Of a DNA stretch of 21,201 nucleotides, positions 16,236 through 21,201 are shown piece by piece. The notes under the pieces were generated by a model. It was not told the origin of the DNA, searched no databases, and was given only the letters and a program-made list of their open reading frames with translations. A program made the translations under genes and the position numbers. Source of the DNA: Candidatus Krumholzibacteriia bacterium (lineage in GTDB: Bacteria > Krumholzibacteriota > Krumholzibacteriia > LZORAL124-64-63); contig JAZBOO010000041.1 of NCBI GenBank assembly GCA_036351155.1, forward strand, positions 1-21,201. Direction: 5' to 3'. Within the stretch, counting starts at the first letter, position 1. Each line of letters opens with the position of its first letter.

Positions 16236-18523
16236 CAGGCTTCCTCCTCTTGGGTGGCATGGGCTTCCGCACCCTCTGCAGAGAGGGGCAACATCACGCT
16301 GAAAACAGTCAGGGTGTCATGGCGGTTGACCTGGATTTCCCCGCCGTGAGCGGAGACGATCTTCTGGCAAATACTCAGCCCCAGGCCGGTCCCGGTATTC
16401 TTGGTGGTGTAGAAGGGGCGGAAAATCTTTTCCAGCTGATCCTTCGGAATGCCCGGCCCGTTGTCGGCAATATCGAAACGGTACCCGGACGCCCGGCGAC
16501 GGGACCCGGTCTCGGGATCCAGAAAATCCAGTTCCGGGTGCCAGGACAGGGTCAGCAGCACCTGTCCGCCATCCGGAGCCGCATCGACCCCGTTGATCAT
16601 GAGGTTCAGCAACACCTGCTTGATCTGGCCACCATCCAGCCGGTGTTCCCAGGCTGGCCGATCCGGGGCCATGTCCGAAAACTCCAGATCAATTTTTACA
16701 AATCGTTTATTTCCCCGTGGTTGCACCAGATCCTTCACGTCCTGGGACAGCTCTCTGAGGTCCACTGAATCCAGGCGCGGAGCATAGGGGCGCACGTAGT
16801 TGAGCATGCGGGTGATGGTGTCGTTGATCCGATCCACTTCACCGGTGATGACCTGGATGTAGCGGCTCTTGGGATCCCCCGGCGGCAACCGTTCGGCCAG
16901 CAGTTCGGCCTGGGCGCTCAGCCCCATCAAGGGGTTTCGGATCTCGTGGGCCAGAGTGGCCGACATTTCCACCAGCCCTTCCAGCTGCTCCCGCTTGCGC
17001 CGCTCGGCGGCCAGCTTACGGCTTTCCCTGAGATCTTCGGCCACCACCACCAGCCAGGTCTGATTGCGGGAGCGACCGGTCATCAGGGCCGTTTGAATGG
17101 CCACGGGAATACCCTGGCCGTCTGAACACCGGATGCGGCCCTCACCCCGGAACTCCTCCTGGGCCTTTTCCTTGATCCGGGCGTAAATCAAACCCTCGAT
17201 ACCCTCGATCTGCAACCGGGCATCCAGGAAGAGCTCGGGAAGTTCTCCATAGTGCTGGGCGTCGAGCTGATGTCGATCCCGTCCGATCTGGAAGGTGAAA
17301 TCCTCGGGCACGGCAATGCAACTGGGCTGTCCGGTCAGCATTTCCTGCCCTGCGCGATTACAGTAAACAGTTTGCCCTTCCTCGTTGATCACCCAGATGG
17401 CGCTGCGCACGGTTTCCAGAACCCGGCTGTTGAAGGCGCCGATATCCCGGATGCGGTCGAGCATCTGGGCCCCTGCCACCTCCTCGGACAGCACAACCTG
17501 GACCGTTTGCAGGAAAGGGAGGTAGCGGCGACTGACTTCGCGGCGGGCTTCGGTGGTCGAAAAGAGGAGCAGGAGGTAGCCCAGACGTATGTCCTGGTAT
17601 TCAAGGGGCAAAGCGATGATTCTCTGACCGGAACCCCCGTCCGGGTCGCCTTCACCTGCCGCCAGGCTGAAGACGCCGGGCGCCATGATGCTCTCGGCCA
17701 CCGCATCGTCCACCTGGTCCTGGAGGTTCACCAGAACCTTGTCCCAGGACGATTCCTCCCAGTGCCAGGTCTTGCGGGGCGAGTAGGAACCGCCCGGGGC
17801 CGAACGCAGGATCAGGGCCGCCCCACCGGCCTGCACGTAATCGGAGAGGCTTTGCAGGATGTTGCGCAGCACACCATCCCAGTTGGAGGCCTGGCTCAGT
17901 TCACGCCCGAACTTGTACAGCAGACTCAGTTCGCTCATGGCCTCGGTCAGGTGCTGGTTGGCTGCCTCCAGGCTTTCCTGAGCCTTCAGGAGCTCGCCGG
18001 CGTTGCGGCTGGCCTGGCCTTCCACCTCGCGGTGCATCCCATGCAGGAGATTCCGGGTTTCCCCGCTCTCCTGGAGAAGCAGGGAACTCTGATGCCGGCG
18101 CTCCCTCCGCTTTTCCGCGCGCAGCAGCAGATTCACCCAGGCATTCTTGGTCACCGGGACATTGAGGGCATCGAAAAGGCCGGCCCGGAAAAAGCGCACC
18201 AGCTGGTGCCCCGTCAGGTCGGCGTGCAGGAGGATGCATAGGTAGGGGTCGGCGGAACGGGTCAGGTCCTCCAGCCAGGCGACCAGACGATCACAGCCAT
18301 CCGGGCCGGCGAAAACATCCTGGTGCAGAAAAATCAAGGGAGTGGGACCGCTGGTTCCTCCGGATTCGGCACGCAGATTCAGACTGGCCAGGGCTTCGCG
18401 GGGATCGTCGAATCGATCCGATGGATCGCTTTCGCCGGGAAAATCCGCCAGCCAGTCGGTGGGTCCGACCAGAACGGCTCCCCTCGGCAGAGGGGTGGGC
18501 AACTGGAACAGGGAGGAATTCAT
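16235..18523 (-). CDS. Soluble sensor histidine kinase (degenerate receiver, coiled coil, GAF-like, PAS-like, HisKA, HATPase_c)
   Basis: AHEIRNPL, QVLLNLMING, DNGPGI, FRPFYTTK, GTGLGL. AIWVINEEGQTVYCNRAG is PAS-like. No hydrophobic TM stretch. ATG 18523 with AAGGA RBS (in-frame TTG at 18529 is possible). Confidence 0.93.
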   Translation of the reverse strand: MNSSLFQLPTPLPRGAVLVGPTDWLADFPGESDPSDRFDDPREALASLNLRAESGGTSGPTPLIFLHQDVFAGPDGCDRLVAWLEDLTRSADPYLCILLHADLTGHQLVRFFRAGLFDALNVPVTKNAWVNLLLRAEKRRERRHQSSLLLQESGETRNLLHGMHREVEGQASRNAGELLKAQESLEAANQHLTEAMSELSLLYKFGRELSQASNWDGVLRNILQSLSDYVQAGGAALILRSAPGGSYSPRKTWHWEESSWDKVLVNLQDQVDDAVAESIMAPGVFSLAAGEGDPDGGSGQRIIALPLEYQDIRLGYLLLLFSTTEARREVSRRYLPFLQTVQVVLSEEVAGAQMLDRIRDIGAFNSRVLETVRSAIWVINEEGQTVYCNRAGQEMLTGQPSCIAVPEDFTFQIGRDRHQLDAQHYGELPELFLDARLQIEGIEGLIYARIKEKAQEEFRGEGRIRCSDGQGIPVAIQTALMTGRSRNQTWLVVVAEDLRESRKLAAERRKREQLEGLVEMSATLAHEIRNPLMGLSAQAELLAERLPPGDPKSRYIQVITGEVDRINDTITRMLNYVRPYAPRLDSVDLRELSQDVKDLVQPRGNKRFVKIDLEFSDMAPDRPAWEHRLDGGQIKQVLLNLMINGVDAAPDGGQVLLTLSWHPELDFLDPETGSRRRASGYRFDIADNGPGIPKDQLEKIFRPFYTTKNTGTGLGLSICQKIVSAHGGEIQVNRHDTLTVFSVMLPLSAEGAEAHATQEEEA

Positions 18524-18575
18524 CAACAATCCTTACAAAAGACAAAAATGTATCCACCTGGGGAACAAGAACCGG

Positions 18576-18604
18576 AGTGTAAAGTTATTTACCAGTCAAT
18601 TCAA
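18576..18604 (-). promoter_or_regulatory. Candidate sigma70-type promoter for the kinase/activator 1 pair
   Basis: Minus strand TTGAAT-N17-TACACT in an AT-rich gap just downstream of the flgM terminator. Confidence 0.6.
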
Positions 18605-18635
18605 CGAAAAAGTGGGGAATTTTTGGCCAGTTGAT

Positions 18636-18662
18636 AAAAAAAGGGCCTCCATGGGAGGCCCT
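18636..18662 (-). terminator. Intrinsic terminator after flgM
   Basis: Minus strand AGGGCCTCC-CAT-GGAGGCCCT followed by a T run. Confidence 0.92.
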
Positions 18663-18689
18663 GATCAAAACTGTGGAACCGCCGGGATT

Positions 18690-19055
18690 CTAGAGTTCAT
18701 CCATGTGGCTGAAAACCGAACCCAGTTTCGCTGCGATGTCATCGCGGACCTGGGAGGAGTTATAATACCCCTGCTCCAGCCGCTTCTTCGCCAGCGCGAT
18801 CTTGTCTTCCCTTGTCTCAGGCATGGCGTTGATTGCCTCCCGTCCTGTATCTACCGCTTTACGTAAATCCACCAATCGGTGGGCGGCATCGGAGATTTCC
18901 ATGGTGTCCGCGGGCTTGGCCTGCGCGATGTTGTTGCCCTTGGCTTCGGAACCTGACTCCGCCTTGTTTCCGGGCTTGTTTTGCGCAGTCCCCAGAAACT
19001 TGTCCACACCGGTGGGACGGTGCATCGGCGATCCGTTGATTCGGTCCATGGCCAT
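18690..19055 (-). CDS. flgM: Anti-sigma28 factor FlgM
   Basis: Polar, disordered-looking N-terminus, DTMEISDAA and PETREDKIALAKKRLEQGYY..IAAKL. GAGGT RBS. Confidence 0.9.
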   Translation of the reverse strand: MAMDRINGSPMHRPTGVDKFLGTAQNKPGNKAESGSEAKGNNIAQAKPADTMEISDAAHRLVDLRKAVDTGREAINAMPETREDKIALAKKRLEQGYYNSSQVRDDIAAKLGSVFSHMDEL

Positions 19056-19105
19056 TTGACATTACCTCATGAATGGAAGGGTTGACTGATTCACGCTCGC
19101 ATACT

Positions 19106-19121
19106 AGCAAGCTGGATGCCC
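19106..19121 (-). promoter_or_regulatory. Sigma54 -24/-12 promoter of flgM
   Basis: Minus strand GGGCATCCAGCTTGCT, exact GG-N10-GC, about 50 nt upstream of the flgM start. Confidence 0.75.
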
Positions 19122-19161
19122 ACCGGCAAGCGCCACGTCTTTTCCCGCCACTGCCTTAATA

Positions 19162-19189
19162 TTATCGTCCCCCTCGTGCGAAAACTTGA
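19162..19189 (-). promoter_or_regulatory. Sigma28 promoter of flgM
   Basis: Minus strand TCAA(GTTT)-N16-GACGATAA versus consensus TAAA-N15/16-GCCGATAA, upstream of a gene class commonly transcribed by sigma28. Confidence 0.65.
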
Positions 19190-19209
19190 GGGATTGATCA
19201 CCACAGAGC

Positions 19210-20199
19210 TCACACCGAGTCGAATCCCCAGACCGCCACCGTCAAGGGACCCACCAGGGGGTGGCCCTGTTCGTCCACCTGTCCCAGCCACTGGGTCGGA
19301 TCTTCGGGGTCGGCCGGTGGAGTCAGTTCCAGTTCACGAGCCCGGCTGACCAGGAAATCGGGCAGCAACACGTTCCAGTAGCCGGAGGCCAGCCCGAACC
19401 AGCTCCCCCCCCCGTCCACGATCAGATTGACCAGCTCCTCGGTGCCGGCAGGGATCAGGACCTGGTCCACCCAGTCTCGATCCCGGGCCTCGAGCATGAG
19501 GGCGAGGGCCAGCTCGTGGGGTCCACACCATTCGGGAACATACCGGGGAAAGTCCCCTCCCTTGCCGCAGAAGATGGCGGCGAGGATGTGGCCTGAACCA
19601 TCGAAGGCCACCAGACCGCGCGTGCCGGGCATGGTGTACAGAGCCTGGCTGTCTCCCTTTTCCCGGAGGGTTCCCAGGGGGTGGGCGTGATAGAGTTCTT
19701 GCACAGCGGGAATGTCGGCCGCGATCAGCTCCCTCACCTGGATTTCCGGAGGCCATGGCTTCCGAGCCGTGATGCCCTCCAGTTGCGCATGGAGTTCCCA
19801 GCCCGCAGGACGGAATCCCCGACCGGCATAAATTTCCGGTTGGTCGGTCCAGAGGACGGCCAGGGGAACATTTTTCCTCCTCAGTGCCGTCAGCATTTCA
19901 TTTTGCAACAGAGTGCTGAGTCCTTTTCCCCTGTGGTCCGGGTGCGTGACAACACTGCCGATGCCCGCCACGGGAAGAATTCCGCAAGTTGTTTTGAAAT
20001 AGCGGATTAAACAGGCCATGCCCCCCGCCACCTGCCCTTTTTCATCCACGCAAACCCACTGGTTTTCCTTGTTTTCGGGGCCCAGGATGAGGGGGAAATC
20101 ATCCCAGGCATTGGTTTTTGCACGATCTGGCCTGATCTCTGCATTCACGAGAGCAAGGAAATCGGCACGCTCTGTCTCGGTGACCTGGCTGATCTTCAT
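19210..20199 (-). CDS. Eis-like tandem GNAT N-acetyltransferase (329 aa)
   Basis: Start moved to MKISQ (ATG 20199, GGGAG RBS). Motif A GIGSVVTHPDHRGKGLS, LAVLW..IYAGRGF, and a second GNAT-like start VRELIAADIPAVQELY. Confidence 0.85.
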   Translation of the reverse strand: MKISQVTETERADFLALVNAEIRPDRAKTNAWDDFPLILGPENKENQWVCVDEKGQVAGGMACLIRYFKTTCGILPVAGIGSVVTHPDHRGKGLSTLLQNEMLTALRRKNVPLAVLWTDQPEIYAGRGFRPAGWELHAQLEGITARKPWPPEIQVRELIAADIPAVQELYHAHPLGTLREKGDSQALYTMPGTRGLVAFDGSGHILAAIFCGKGGDFPRYVPEWCGPHELALALMLEARDRDWVDQVLIPAGTEELVNLIVDGGGSWFGLASGYWNVLLPDFLVSRARELELTPPADPEDPTQWLGQVDEQGHPLVGPLTVAVWGFDSV

Positions 20200-20236
20200 G
20201 GGAACTCCCGGAAGCAGTGGACGAAGGTTTGACAAG

Positions 20237-20265
20237 AGACTAGAGCGGGCCGGCACAGCGGGCAA
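20237..20265 (-). promoter_or_regulatory. Possible sigma70-type promoter for the GNAT gene
   Basis: Minus strand TTGCCC-N17-TAGTCT about 40 nt upstream of ATG 20199. Moderate match only. Confidence 0.4.
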
Positions 20266-20274
20266 GCTGCAAAT

Positions 20275-20342
20275 CAGGATGGCGGAAAGGACTGCTGGGG
20301 CAGGAATCCCCGGCTCACTTTTTCGCCGGATCACACGGAGGA
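20275..20342 (+). promoter_or_regulatory. GGA-rich flagellin leader, candidate CsrA/RsmA binding sites
   Basis: Seven GGA trinucleotides in 66 nt, including the hairpin GGGG-CAGGAAT-CCCC (20297-20311) and ACGGAGGA at the Shine-Dalgarno. Confidence 0.55.
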
Positions 20343-20348
20343 CAAGAC

Positions 20349-21191
20349 ATGGGATTGCGAGTTAATACCAACGTGGGTTCGCTGAACGCTCAGCGTCACC
20401 TTTACAACACCACCGTCAATTTTCAGAAATCCATGGAACGGCTGAGCTCGGGTATGCGGATCAACCGTTCGGGCGATGATGCCGCCGGCCTGGCCATCAG
20501 CGAGAGTCTGAAATCAGATATTCGCGCCCTCCAGCAGGCGTCTCGTAACGCCGCCGACGGCGTCAGTCTGGTGCAGGTGGCTGAAGGGTCGCTGGACGAA
20601 GTCAACAATATCCTGTTGCGCTTGCGAGAACTGGCCGAGCAGTCCGCCACCGAAACCCTGGGTGAGGAAGAGCGGACCTATCTGGACCAGGAATTCCAGG
20701 AACTTCTGGATGAAATCGACCGGATCAGCGCCACCGCCGAGTTCAACGGCATCATGCTGCTGAACGGCAGCCAGGAAACCCTGGACGTCCAGGTGGGCAT
20801 CGGGTCCAACACGGCCACCAGCTCCGTGCCCATCGACCTGAACCAGGTGATCAGCGCTGATCAGCTCAACCTGACCAGTGCGGTGAGCATCGGCGGAACC
20901 AACGGCGACGCGGCCCGCGGGGCCATCGACATCATCACCGCCGCCACGGGTACCGTCAGTTCCGTGCGTGCCGGCTTTGGTGCGGCCCAGAACCGTCTCG
21001 AGACCTCCATCAGGAACATCGGAATGACTGCGGAAAACCTGTCCGCGGCCAACAGCCGTATTCGTGACGTGGATGTGGCCCTGGAAACCTCGAACATGAC
21101 CAGCTTGCAGATCCTGCAGCAGGCCGGTGTGTCGATCCTGTCCCAGGCCAACATGACGTCCCAGCTGGCGCTGAACCTGCTCCAGGGCTAG
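20349..21191 (+). CDS. fliC: Flagellin, short form (280 aa)
   Basis: RVNTNVGSLNAQR, ERLSSGMRINRSGDDAAGLAIS, RLRELAEQS, GAAQNRLE, ENLSAANSRIRDVD, ILQQAGVSILSQAN. GGAGG RBS. Confidence 0.99.
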   Translation: MGLRVNTNVGSLNAQRHLYNTTVNFQKSMERLSSGMRINRSGDDAAGLAISESLKSDIRALQQASRNAADGVSLVQVAEGSLDEVNNILLRLRELAEQSATETLGEEERTYLDQEFQELLDEIDRISATAEFNGIMLLNGSQETLDVQVGIGSNTATSSVPIDLNQVISADQLNLTSAVSIGGTNGDAARGAIDIITAATGTVSSVRAGFGAAQNRLETSIRNIGMTAENLSAANSRIRDVDVALETSNMTSLQILQQAGVSILSQANMTSQLALNLLQG

Positions 21192-21201
21192 CCCGGCAGC
21201 C

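Noticed and set aside
17438..17445. GCCGATAT sigma28 -10-like octamer
   Set aside because: Inside the kinase gene, with no -35 at the right spacing.
20106..20121. AGGCATTGGTTTTTGC as a sigma54 promoter for fliC
   Set aside because: Spacing is 11 and it lies inside the GNAT coding region.
20229..20234. Perfect TTGACA upstream of fliC
   Set aside because: No -10 hexamer at 16-18 nt.
1..21201. Taxonomic assignment, mobile elements, CRISPR arrays, tRNA or rRNA
   Set aside because: The gene order is shared by several phyla, so I cannot assign a taxon without a search. I saw no repeat arrays, transposases or RNA genes.

Overview
This GC-rich bacterial window holds a flagellar gene cluster together with its regulators. 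The minus strand carries, in transcription order: an Eis-like GNAT acetyltransferase; flgM; a soluble pseudo-receiver/GAF/PAS histidine kinase with sigma54 activator 1; and a long unit of a signal-peptide TPR-like gene, an FlgN-like gene, a sensor-less atypical kinase, sigma54 activator 2, flgBC, fliEFGHIJ, a motE/ylxF-like gene, fliK, flgD and flgE (which runs off the left edge). The plus strand carries a short 280-aa flagellin at the right edge. Manual promoter reading suggests a sigma70 -> sigma54 -> sigma28 cascade: one sigma70-like promoter before the first kinase, three correctly spaced -24/-12 promoters, a sigma28 promoter before flgM and two intrinsic terminators. The most striking observation is a near-consensus sigma28 promoter on the antisense strand (4282-4309), face to face with the internal sigma54 promoter of the hook genes. 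It could shut off hook synthesis once FlgM has been exported. Also notable are the TPR/FlgN-like/atypical-kinase/activator module, a duplicated ~126-aa insertion in FlgE and GGA hairpins (CsrA-type) in the flagellin leader. I found no mobile elements, CRISPR arrays or RNA genes. All calls come from motif recognition by eye, with no database searches.
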